59,632 bases of DNA from an uncultured Bacilli bacterium (GTDB lineage Bacteria; Bacillota_I; Bacilli_A; RF39; UBA660). Below are positions 42,302-50,889 of the stretch, in pieces; position 1 is the stretch's first letter, and each line of letters begins with the position of its first letter. Location of the stretch: the NCBI GenBank assembly GCA_904502155.1, contig CAJGDV010000001.1, positions 1-59,632 on the forward strand, written 5' to 3'. The translations under genes and the position numbers were made by a program. The notes beneath the pieces were generated by a model that did no database searches, was not told the DNA's origin, and saw only the letters and a list, made by a program, of their open reading frames with translations.

Positions 42302-43687
42302 ATGGATGAGAAAATTACCCATGGAACGTATGAGGAAAAAAAGCTAAAATTTAAGCATTTTAAGGCTTTTGTAATTATACTTTTAATTATACTACTTGTT
42401 ATACTAATTTTATGTATAAGATCATGTAGTATGGGGAATAAAGAAAAAAATCTATTAAATGCGGCTAAACAATATTATCAAAACGATTCATCAGCACTAC
42501 CTAAAAATCCTGGAGAATGTTCAAGATTAGGAGTAAATGATTTAATTTCTAAACAATTAATCAAAGATGCTAGTTCATATAGTCAATGTAATCGTGATGA
42601 AACTTATATTAAAGTTTGTATGTTAGAAAGTGGAAATTATCAATATACTCCACATATAAAATGTAATACTGAAGATGATACTAATTTTACTGATTATGTA
42701 GAAGGAAAAGAAACAGATTTAATTGCTGATAAATCAGATGTTAGATTTTTATATTTACCTGAAATTTATAGCAATAAAGTTAAGTTATATTATCCTAATA
42801 ATGTAAAAGTAGTTGACGAAGTAATTGAATATTATAAAGAGGTTCCTAGTGAAGGTTATACATATAAAAATAAAAATGAAGCAACGGGATATAAATGGTA
42901 CATTGAAGAAACAGGTACTACATATTGGAATAATGGTGGTTATTCTTCTACACAACCTGATGGATATCCAACAAAAGGTGATGAAGGAAATGCTGCTGTC
43001 AATATTAGTTTAACTGAACCAGAAGCAAAAGAATATAGAACAGTAAACAAGCAAACAGTATATAGAAGTAGAGCAGCTGTAGTTGCTAAAGTTTTAAGTT
43101 ATGTATGTTCTGATCCAAAATTATCAGGATATATTGCTTCACCAACACAATGTGAAAAAAGAAATGCATCATCACATAAAGTAACAGCATATACTAAATA
43201 TACATGTGATGGTAAAACTGAAGTTAGCAAAGGTAAAATATGTTCATATGGTTCATGGTCTAATTGGACTGCTAATGTATGTACAAAATCAGATACTGTT
43301 GATTGTGAATCAAAAGAAGGATATGTATACAAAGATAGAGTATGGAAATGGTATTTAGAAGGTACTCATCGTAAATATTATCCAAGTAATAGTGCAACTG
43401 CTGACGAAGAAAAAACATATTATGTATCACAACCTAAGGAAGGTTACATAAAAGATGAAAATACAAAAGCAAAAGTTTATAAATATTATAAATTAACTGA
43501 TGAAGAAAACACTGAAACTACAAATGATGGAGACTGGATTCAAGTTGGCGATGAATATTTATCAGAAGAAGAATTGATTTTAGCATTCCAAACATTAAAC
43601 TATGAAGTTAACAGTCTTGCAGATATAAATAACAAAAAAGATATGATAAGATATCAATTAAAACTAGAATATAGAAATAGAAGATAG
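42302..43687 (+). CDS. hypothetical membrane-anchored, Cys-rich extracellular protein (about 10 ectodomain Cys)
   Basis: AGGAGG RBS, one TM helix. The ectodomain starts like that of 30255-31403. Contains a WSNWT..C element and Y/W-rich repeats. Confidence 0.75.
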   Translation: MDEKITHGTYEEKKLKFKHFKAFVIILLIILLVILILCIRSCSMGNKEKNLLNAAKQYYQNDSSALPKNPGECSRLGVNDLISKQLIKDASSYSQCNRDETYIKVCMLESGNYQYTPHIKCNTEDDTNFTDYVEGKETDLIADKSDVRFLYLPEIYSNKVKLYYPNNVKVVDEVIEYYKEVPSEGYTYKNKNEATGYKWYIEETGTTYWNNGGYSSTQPDGYPTKGDEGNAAVNISLTEPEAKEYRTVNKQTVYRSRAAVVAKVLSYVCSDPKLSGYIASPTQCEKRNASSHKVTAYTKYTCDGKTEVSKGKICSYGSWSNWTANVCTKSDTVDCESKEGYVYKDRVWKWYLEGTHRKYYPSNSATADEEKTYYVSQPKEGYIKDENTKAKVYKYYKLTDEENTETTNDGDWIQVGDEYLSEEELILAFQTLNYEVNSLADINNKKDMIRYQLKLEYRNRR

Positions 43688-43697
43688 GAGAGATAGT

Positions 43698-46600
43698 ATG
43701 AATAAAGAAGAAATGTTACAATCCTTAAAAGATTTAAAATTCAATATTAACGGCGGATTAGTTGATAACGAAACGAAAGAAAAATTAGAAAATTTAGAAA
43801 TCGATTTAAATTTATTAGATGATGAAATTTTTGAACTTTCTAATAAAATTCAAGATGATACTAATTATCCAACATTCTTTGCACTATATGATGAAGCAGA
43901 AGTAAGTAATGCAAAAAGAGAATTAAATATTGCTAAGGCTGGATTAGAATCAACTAAATTAACTATAGCGCAAGTTGAAGAGTATATTGCATATATCAAA
44001 CGTGAAATTGAAGAAAACAATAAAAAAATGGCAGAATTAAATAGAGAAAATTTAGAACAAGGAGCACGCTTAAGAGAATTAGGTATAACTCCAAATCCTG
44101 AAGAAGAAAATTTAATTCGTGAAACTTTAAATGTAAATAGAAATGAAATTTCAAAATTAAATATTAAAAATGATAGAGCAAAACAAATTTTAGTTGAAAA
44201 TGAAAATCAATTAACAGGATTATTAAATAATAAATCTGATTTTGAAAATAAAATGAATAATGCTCAAATCAACTTAAACAATGCTGAAAGTTTACAAGCA
44301 AGTCGTCCACTTGTTAATGAAGCAAAAAGAAATATAGATAAAGAAGAATTAGATGATTTAAAATATATTAAATCTACTATGGAAAATGAAAAATCAGCTT
44401 TATCTATAAATTTAGCAGATGAAGTTGAAAAAATTATTAACGATTTACAAGCTGATGTAATAACAGTTAATGATGTAAACAACAGATTAGAAGATTTAAA
44501 AAGAAATATGCCAGCAGGATATTTTAATGCTGATGTTGAAGATAGAAATAACGAATTAGTTCAAAATAGAAAAGTTCAAGTTGAACTAGAAGATAAAATT
44601 AATAATTTAACAGCAAAAGTTAATAATGTTGATAATTATAGATATTCTGATGCTGAATTAGCTCGTGAAGAAGAAAAAGTCAAAATTCTTGCTGTTAAAG
44701 TTCAAAATTCAAATTTAAAAATTGTTGAATTTGAAAAAGCAAAACAACAATTAGAAAGTGATTTAATTGAACAAAATAAAAAAGTTGAATCACGTGAAGT
44801 AGAAAATAGAATTATTGGTTTAAAAGCACAATTAAGAAGAGCAAAAACTAATGAACAAAGAGAACAAATTAACAAAGAAATAGAAGCATCACAAAAAGAA
44901 GCATGGAATGATTTAAACGAATTAACAGATAAAAAAGCTGAATTAGAATTAGTTAATTCATCATTAGTTGCTGAAGAATCAAATCTTGAAAGATATGTTA
45001 AGTTACATGAAAATGCTGTTAATAGAAAAGAAGATATTGACAGACGTTTAAAAAATAACGAAGTTCAAAATTCATATCAAAAAAGATTAGATGAAATGGA
45101 ATTAGCTAAATCTAAAGCTTCATTAGAAGCATTAAAAAATAGAGCTCAATTTATTTCATTACCAGTTTTAGAACAAGTAAATAATTTAATCAATAATAAT
45201 GTTAAAGTTGAAGAAAACAAAGAACCAGTATTTAAAGGTAAAAATGGAGAAGAAATTAAAGTTGGAGCTCCACTTCCATTTGATAATGATTTAGGTGTTA
45301 AAGATTCATCATTCGATGAAAAAACAAATCAAATTTTTATGGATGAACCAAAATCAAATTCATTAGAAGAAAATATTTTAAATACTTTAAATAATGATCC
45401 TAAATTAGGTGGATTAAAATTCTCTTTCCCAGATCAAAATGAAGAAGAAAAAGAAAATGAAGAAATTAATCCAATATTTAATCCTGAAATTAATTTAGAT
45501 GAACAAGAATTAAATAATGAGGAACAACAATTAAATAATGAAGAACAAGAATTAAATGTTGAAAATAATGAAGAAGTTGTTGAAGAAGAAAAAGAAGAAG
45601 AAAAAGAAGAAACAAAAGTGGTTCCAGTTGTTGGAAAAATGAAAGCTAAATTTAAAGAAGCTTCAGATAAATTAAAAAATAAAGCTAAAGATTTAAATTT
45701 CAGAGCAAAACTTAAAAAATGGGCTAAAGTTATTGCTGTAGTTGCTGCATCTGCAGTATTATTAGTAGCAAGTGGTAAATTACCTCAAAAAACTTTAGAA
45801 GATTTACAAGATCCACAAGTTATTGAACAAATTGATAATGAAGAATTAGATCCAAACGAAATAATCGAAGAGGATGTAAAAGAAGAAGAAAACAAAGAAG
45901 AAGTTGTTGAAGAAGAAAAAGAAGATGTTGTTGAAGAAAATAATAATAATAATGTTGTTGAAGATAAAAAAGAAAATGAAAATCAAAATCAAGTAGGTGG
46001 AAATCCAAATCCATCAAATAATAATAACAACAACAGTAATAATAATAATAGCAACAATAACAACAACAATAATAACAACAATAACAACGGTTCAAACCCT
46101 GTTGATGATCATGATAATTCTGATGAAATAACTGTTCCAGAAGAAAATAATAATAATCAAGATGATATTACAATAGATGAAGATACACCAGTAGAAGAAA
46201 TTGTTGATGATGCAGTTATTGAAGATGATAATAATGATGCAGTTATTGAAGACGATAATAATGATGCAGTTATTGAAGATGATGAAAACAATGACGCAGT
46301 TATTGATGATGAAAATAATGATGCAGTTATTGATGATGAAAATGAAGAAGTTTTCGATAATGAAGATCAATTTGGTAACGAAGATGAATTCGAAAATGGT
46401 GAAAATAATGACGGTGTTATTGAAGACGATCAAGAAAATGTTTTTGATAACGAAGACCAATTTGGTAATGAAGATGAATTCGAAAATGGAGAAAACAATG
46501 ATGGTGTTGTTGAAGACGATCAAGAAAATGTTTTCGACAATGAAGATCAATTTGATAATAATGAAAATGAAAATAATAATGATCAAAATACTGAACAAGA

Positions 46601-47135
46601 AGATGTTTATGACAATGAAGATCAATTTGACAACAATCAAAATGACAATAGTACAAATGATGAACCAGTTGTTGAAGAAGATGTTTATGACAATGAAGAT
46701 CAATTTGATAACAGCCAAAATGATAGTAGTACAAATGATGAACCAGTTGTTGAAGAAGAAGTTTATGACAACTTAGAAGATACTAATAACAATGTAGAAG
46801 ATAATACTCAAGAAGAAGTATACGACAATGTAGAAGATAATAATGTTCAAGATAACAATCAAACTACTGATCAAATCGAAGTTTTACCAGGAGAAACTTA
46901 TTTAAATGATCAACAAGAAGAAGTTTATACAAATGGTGGAAATGTTGATGATGCAATTGAAAAAGAACCAAATATCGAATCAATTGAACAAGGCGAAGAT
47001 AAAGACATATTAAATGTTTATACTAATGAAGAACAAATTAGTTACAACTCAGAAATTGAACAATTAAAACAACTTAGAGAATATTACGCTAATAACACAA
47101 TTGAAGAAGAAAATTCTATGACAAGATCATTATAA
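43698..47135 (+). CDS. hypothetical 1145-aa bitopic protein: ~650-aa cytoplasmic coiled coil, one TM, ~450-aa extracellular poly-Asn and hyper-acidic repeat tail (cassette B)
   Basis: RBS GGAGAG. The N-terminal 14-mer and the KMKAK-plus-TM segment resemble 12949-15009. The tail has repeated V[FY]DNEDQF motifs. Confidence 0.85.
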   Translation: MNKEEMLQSLKDLKFNINGGLVDNETKEKLENLEIDLNLLDDEIFELSNKIQDDTNYPTFFALYDEAEVSNAKRELNIAKAGLESTKLTIAQVEEYIAYIKREIEENNKKMAELNRENLEQGARLRELGITPNPEEENLIRETLNVNRNEISKLNIKNDRAKQILVENENQLTGLLNNKSDFENKMNNAQINLNNAESLQASRPLVNEAKRNIDKEELDDLKYIKSTMENEKSALSINLADEVEKIINDLQADVITVNDVNNRLEDLKRNMPAGYFNADVEDRNNELVQNRKVQVELEDKINNLTAKVNNVDNYRYSDAELAREEEKVKILAVKVQNSNLKIVEFEKAKQQLESDLIEQNKKVESREVENRIIGLKAQLRRAKTNEQREQINKEIEASQKEAWNDLNELTDKKAELELVNSSLVAEESNLERYVKLHENAVNRKEDIDRRLKNNEVQNSYQKRLDEMELAKSKASLEALKNRAQFISLPVLEQVNNLINNNVKVEENKEPVFKGKNGEEIKVGAPLPFDNDLGVKDSSFDEKTNQIFMDEPKSNSLEENILNTLNNDPKLGGLKFSFPDQNEEEKENEEINPIFNPEINLDEQELNNEEQQLNNEEQELNVENNEEVVEEEKEEEKEETKVVPVVGKMKAKFKEASDKLKNKAKDLNFRAKLKKWAKVIAVVAASAVLLVASGKLPQKTLEDLQDPQVIEQIDNEELDPNEIIEEDVKEEENKEEVVEEEKEDVVEENNNNNVVEDKKENENQNQVGGNPNPSNNNNNNSNNNNSNNNNNNNNNNNNGSNPVDDHDNSDEITVPEENNNNQDDITIDEDTPVEEIVDDAVIEDDNNDAVIEDDNNDAVIEDDENNDAVIDDENNDAVIDDENEEVFDNEDQFGNEDEFENGENNDGVIEDDQENVFDNEDQFGNEDEFENGENNDGVVEDDQENVFDNEDQFDNNENENNNDQNTEQEDVYDNEDQFDNNQNDNSTNDEPVVEEDVYDNEDQFDNSQNDSSTNDEPVVEEEVYDNLEDTNNNVEDNTQEEVYDNVEDNNVQDNNQTTDQIEVLPGETYLNDQQEEVYTNGGNVDDAIEKEPNIESIEQGEDKDILNVYTNEEQISYNSEIEQLKQLREYYANNTIEEENSMTRSL
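46017..46088 (+). repeat. AAT/AAC codon run encoding N6-S-N4-S-N12
   Basis: Counted codon by codon. A simple trinucleotide-like tract inside the CDS. Confidence 0.9.
46209..46343 (+). repeat. five tandem 24-30-nt units encoding DAVI(E/D)D(E)NN
   Basis: The unit gatgcagttattgaagatgataataat recurs with minor variation. Confidence 0.9.
46344..46523 (+). repeat. two tandem 90-nt units encoding E(E/N)VFDNEDQFGNEDEFENGENNDGV(I/V)EDDQ
   Basis: Copies at 46344-46433 and 46434-46523 are nearly identical at protein level, with synonymous differences. A third, degenerate copy follows. Confidence 0.9.
46602..46757 (+). repeat. two tandem 78-nt units encoding DVYDNEDQFDN(N/S)QND(N/S)STNDEPVVEE
   Basis: Copies at 46602-46679 and 46680-46757. 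Confidence 0.9.
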
Positions 47136-47151
47136 TAGGAGGGTAAAAAAG

Positions 47152-47397
47152 ATGGAAAACAGAATAAATCAAGTTGTTGAACTAGAAAATGGTAAGGAAT
47201 ATTATATTCTTAAACAAGCTGTTTATGGTGGAGACAATTATTTTGTTGCAGCTGAGGTTAGTGAAGACGGTGAAGATTTAAAAGACAAATTTATAATCTT
47301 ACACGAAACAAAAGAAAATGGAGAATCATATATTGAATTTGAAAATGATTCTAAAATAATACAAATTTTATTAAAGCATTTACATATAGAAGGATAA
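47152..47397 (+). CDS. DUF1292-like small acidic protein (partner of cassette B)
   Basis: AGGAGGG RBS 16 nt after the large gene. Same size and pattern as 15006-15272. Confidence 0.7.
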   Translation: MENRINQVVELENGKEYYILKQAVYGGDNYFVAAEVSEDGEDLKDKFIILHETKENGESYIEFENDSKIIQILLKHLHIEG

Positions 47398-47418
47398 GTT
47401 TTTACTTATCCTTTTTTA
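47391..47418 (+). terminator. intrinsic terminator of cassette B
   Basis: aggataagt-tttt-acttatcct followed by a T-run. Confidence 0.8.
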
Positions 47419-47483
47419 TATAAATTCTTGAAAAAAACACATTTAAAATAAATTTATATGATATAATTATAGTAGGTGGTAAC

Positions 47484-48422
47484 ATGTCAAACAATAACAA
47501 AATATTTAAAAACTTAGATGAACAAATTCAAATTCTTCTTGATAAAGGATTAATAATTAATGATGTTGATCATGCTAAGGAAATTTTATTAAAGGAAAAC
47601 TATTTTTTTATAAGTGGATATAGACACTTATTTATGAAATCAAAAAAACAAACTTCATTTATTGAAGGAACAACATTTGATGAATTGTATGCAATGCTTA
47701 TTTTTGATAGAAAAATGAGAAACATTTTTTTTAAATGGATTTTAGTAATAGAAAATAATATTAAATCAATTTTAAGTTATCAATTGTCAAAAAAATATGG
47801 TTTTAAAGAAAAAGATTATTTAAATCCTAAAAACTTCACTGTTGATAACATGAAAACAAGACAAGTTCATGATATTTTGAATAAAGTAAAAAGACAAATT
47901 AGAGTTAATGGTAATCAACATGCTGCAACATATCATTATATAGCAAATTATGGATATGTTCCTATGTGGATACTTGTTAAGGTTCTTTCTTTTGGATTAA
48001 TTTCAGAATTTTATGGAATTTTAAAAACTGAAGATCAATTAAAAATAGCTGAATTATATAATTTAGATATTGAAACATTATCATGCTATTTAACAATATT
48101 AGCAAATTATCGTAATATTTGTGCTCATGAAGAAGTTTTATATGAGCATAGAACACAACGTTCTATACCAGATACAAAATATCATCGTAATTTAAATATT
48201 GACTTAATAGATGATGAATATGCATATGGAAAAAATGATATATATGCTGTAATTATAATAATGAAACAACTATTATTAGATACTGAATTTAGAGATCTTA
48301 TTAATGAAGTTTCTTATGAAGTTGATATATTAAATGGAAAAGTAAGTTCTGTTCCATTAAATAATATCTTAAATAGATGTGGTTTCCCTGACAATTGGAA
48401 AGATATTTCAGACTTAGACTAA
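47484..48422 (+). CDS. Abi_2 family (AbiD/AbiF-like) abortive-infection protein
   Basis: FDRKMRNIFFKWILVIENNIKS, VPMWILVKVLSFGLISEFY and LANYRNICAHEE match the conserved blocks of the Abi_2 family as I recall them. Confidence 0.85.
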   Translation: MSNNNKIFKNLDEQIQILLDKGLIINDVDHAKEILLKENYFFISGYRHLFMKSKKQTSFIEGTTFDELYAMLIFDRKMRNIFFKWILVIENNIKSILSYQLSKKYGFKEKDYLNPKNFTVDNMKTRQVHDILNKVKRQIRVNGNQHAATYHYIANYGYVPMWILVKVLSFGLISEFYGILKTEDQLKIAELYNLDIETLSCYLTILANYRNICAHEEVLYEHRTQRSIPDTKYHRNLNIDLIDDEYAYGKNDIYAVIIIMKQLLLDTEFRDLINEVSYEVDILNGKVSSVPLNNILNRCGFPDNWKDISDLD

Positions 48423-48432
48423 GGAGGACATA

Positions 48433-49530
48433 ATGAAAAAAAATACAAAAGTCGTAGTAAATGCATCATATGTTATAAGCATATTAATTGCATTATTTAC
48501 AGGAATAATTGGAACAATTTGTGTTTATAAATTTATTCCAAACAAGACAATAACAACAAAACAAGAAAGTAAAATAACATTAACAGAACAAGATACAATT
48601 AGTTCTGCAATAGGAAAAGTAAACGATGCTGTTGTATATATAGAATCATATCAAAGAAATGTAGCTGCTGGTAGTGGTACAGGATTCTTTTATAAAACAG
48701 ATGAACAGTATGGTTATATTATTACAAATAATCATGTTGTAGAAGATGCTCAAAAAGTTGAGGTTACTGTTACAAATGGTTCACAATATGAAGCTAAAAT
48801 ATTAGGAACAGATGAATATTCAGATATTGCAGTATTACAAGTTCCAAAAGAAGCAGCAATAGCAGTTACAACAATTGGAGAAAGTGCTGAATCAAAAGTA
48901 GGAGATACAATCTTTACAGTAGGATCACCTTTAGGTATTGAATATATGAATTCAGTTACAAAAGGTATTATCTCAGGAAAAGATAGAACAATTGAGGTTA
49001 CATTATCAAATGGTGATTACTTAATGGAAGTAATTCAATTAGATGCTGCAATAAATCCAGGAAATAGTGGAGGACCATTATGTAACATTAATGGTGAAGT
49101 AATTGGTGTTAATTCATTAAAACTTGTAAAAAATGAAGTTGAAGGAATGGGATTTGCTATTCCAATTGAATATGTAATGACACTAGTTCCACAATTAGAA
49201 ACTGGTGAAAAAGTTAAAAAACCTCTAATTGGAGTTGAAATGTTAAGTATTGGAGATACATGGCAATTATATAGAAATGGTATCATGATTAGTGAAGATA
49301 TTGAATATGGTGTTGTAATTGTAAATGTATCAAAAGGTAAACCAGCTGATAAAGCAGGACTTAAAAAAGGCGATGTAATTGTAGAATTTGCCGGTAAAGA
49401 AGTAAAAAGCATGGCTTATTTTAGATATTTATTATATAAACAAGCTGTTGGTGATACAGTAAAAATTAAATATTTTAGAGATGGTAAAGTAAAAGAAGCA
49501 TCTATAGTTTTAACAGAAAGTTCAAATTAA
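48433..49530 (+). CDS. htrA: HtrA/DegP-type membrane-anchored serine protease with PDZ domain
   Basis: N-terminal TM. Catalytic His (TNNHVV), Asp (DIAVLQ) and Ser (GNSGGPL). PDZ element GLKKGDVIVEFAG. Confidence 0.92.
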   Translation: MKKNTKVVVNASYVISILIALFTGIIGTICVYKFIPNKTITTKQESKITLTEQDTISSAIGKVNDAVVYIESYQRNVAAGSGTGFFYKTDEQYGYIITNNHVVEDAQKVEVTVTNGSQYEAKILGTDEYSDIAVLQVPKEAAIAVTTIGESAESKVGDTIFTVGSPLGIEYMNSVTKGIISGKDRTIEVTLSNGDYLMEVIQLDAAINPGNSGGPLCNINGEVIGVNSLKLVKNEVEGMGFAIPIEYVMTLVPQLETGEKVKKPLIGVEMLSIGDTWQLYRNGIMISEDIEYGVVIVNVSKGKPADKAGLKKGDVIVEFAGKEVKSMAYFRYLLYKQAVGDTVKIKYFRDGKVKEASIVLTESSN

Positions 49531-50073
49531 ATGGAATTTAATCAAGTAGTAAAAAATAGAAGAAGTATAAGAAATTTTAAACAAGAACAAATAGACAAAA
49601 AAGTAATTGAAAAAATTTTAAATGATGCTTTATTATCACCATCAGCACATAATAAACAACCATGGACTTATTATGTATTGACACTAGACAAAAAAAATGA
49701 AATTGAGAATTTAATTACCGAAAAAATTACTAATAAGGTTGAACTTACTTACTATGAAAAAATAATGCGTAAATGTATGTCATTTGTAAAAGAAGCTCCA
49801 GTATTAATATTGGCTTATACAAATAAAGAAGATGTAATGCCTAATGATATATTATCAATGGGTGCATCTATTGAACATATATTGTTAAGTGCAACAAATG
49901 AAGGTTTAGGTTCATTATGGTTAGGAGTTATAACAGAGTTTGAAAAAGAAATAAATGAAAATTTATCTATAAATGATAAAACATTAGTTTCAGGAATAGT
50001 ATTAGGCTATTCAAATGAAGAACCAAAGTTAATTCCTAGAAAAGATTTTAATGATGTTATTAAATTTTATTGA
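49531..50073 (+). CDS. nitroreductase family protein
   Basis: RRSIRNF and P.SAHN.QPW motifs. Confidence 0.85.
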   Translation: MEFNQVVKNRRSIRNFKQEQIDKKVIEKILNDALLSPSAHNKQPWTYYVLTLDKKNEIENLITEKITNKVELTYYEKIMRKCMSFVKEAPVLILAYTNKEDVMPNDILSMGASIEHILLSATNEGLGSLWLGVITEFEKEINENLSINDKTLVSGIVLGYSNEEPKLIPRKDFNDVIKFY

Positions 50074-50128
50074 TAAATTATTTAAATATATAGTATAATT
50101 ATAATGTTACAAATAGGAGGTATGACAG

Positions 50129-50659
50129 ATGAAAAAAATAAAAACATTATTACTAATATTATCATTATTATTATTAGGTTGCGGAATTGGAAAAGTAAAA
50201 GCGGCTGAAAAAGTAAAAGTTTATTTATTTTATGGAGATGGTTGTCCATATTGTGAAAATGCAATGACATTTTTTGATAATTTAGATAGCAAATACAAAG
50301 ATAAAATTGAATTAGTAAAATATGAAGTATGGAATGATCAAAAAAATTCTGAATTAATGACTAATGTTGCTTCAGTATTAGGTGAAGAAGTTTCAGGTGT
50401 TCCATTCATCGTTGTTGGGGAAACTTCATTTGGTGGTTATAGTGAAGAATATGATAAATCTATTTTAGATGCTATTGATTCTGAACTTGCTAAAGAAGAA
50501 CCTTATGATGTATTAGATCATGTTGAAAGTAGTGGAAATACTAATAATGCTAAAGCTAGTAACTCATCATCAAATGATTTAGTTGTATATTTATCATTAG
50601 CAATTATCTTAATTGGTGTTGTTGGTTTAATTGTATATGCTAAAAAATCTGTAAACTAA
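50129..50659 (+). CDS. extracytoplasmic thioredoxin/glutaredoxin-fold protein (CPYC) with N-terminal lipobox-like signal and C-terminal TM anchor
   Basis: LLLGC lipobox-like signal, VYLFYGDGCPYC active site, VPFIVVG cis-Pro-like region, C-terminal hydrophobic LVVYLSLAIILIGVVGLIVY. Confidence 0.75.
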   Translation: MKKIKTLLLILSLLLLGCGIGKVKAAEKVKVYLFYGDGCPYCENAMTFFDNLDSKYKDKIELVKYEVWNDQKNSELMTNVASVLGEEVSGVPFIVVGETSFGGYSEEYDKSILDAIDSELAKEEPYDVLDHVESSGNTNNAKASNSSSNDLVVYLSLAIILIGVVGLIVYAKKSVN

Positions 50660-50683
50660 GAATGATTATTTCATTCTTTTTTT
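50658..50683 (+). terminator. intrinsic terminator
   Basis: aagaatga / tcattctt stem followed by a T-run. Confidence 0.7.
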
Positions 50684-50715
50684 AGTAAACAAATGTATAT
50701 TTTTTTATTAAATAA

Positions 50716-50743
50716 TTGACATAACTATTTTAAATGTTATACT
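50716..50743 (+). promoter_or_regulatory. sigma-A-type promoter
   Basis: TTGACA, 16 nt spacer, TGtTATACT. Confidence 0.55.
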
Positions 50744-50889
50744 TAAAATAGGGGATATATTCCTTTTAAATGCCCATAGGAATATTCCACAAAAAAGTAT
50801 ATAAATTATCCAGCACAGGGTTGGTTAATGGAAATGCTAGGATAGACTAGAAAAGCCGATATGCTTTATAAATGTAGGGAGGAAAAAAT
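50744..50889 (+). promoter_or_regulatory. unassigned ~145-nt structured leader
   Basis: Hairpin atattcct / aggaatat (50757-50785) plus further short stems (agca..tgct, ctag..ctag). I recognise no known riboswitch consensus. Confidence 0.35.

Noticed and set aside
42825-43013. 62-aa nested + strand ORF within the 461-aa Cys-rich gene.
   Set aside because: It is an out-of-frame internal ORF with no RBS. The longer frame is continuous and has a strong RBS.
46017-46757. Considered whether the regular repeats could be a CRISPR array or a minisatellite outside genes.
   Set aside because: The repeats are in frame, directly tandem without spacers, and encode a conserved peptide motif. They are not CRISPR-like.
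46092-46776. Three long ORFs in the track (46092-46718 -, 46201-46776 +, 46417-46734 -) overlapping the acidic repeat region.
   Set aside because: They are alternative-frame or antisense readings of GAT/GAA/AAT-rich tandem repeats. This gives I/F/N-rich or M/K/L-rich nonsense with no RBS. The in-frame 1145-aa gene explains the region.
47398-50128. Whether Abi, HtrA, the nitroreductase and the thioredoxin-like gene form a defence island or mobile element.
   Set aside because: There are no integrase, transposase or flanking direct repeats, and no tRNA. The composition looks the same as in neighbouring core genes. Only the Abi gene is defence-like.
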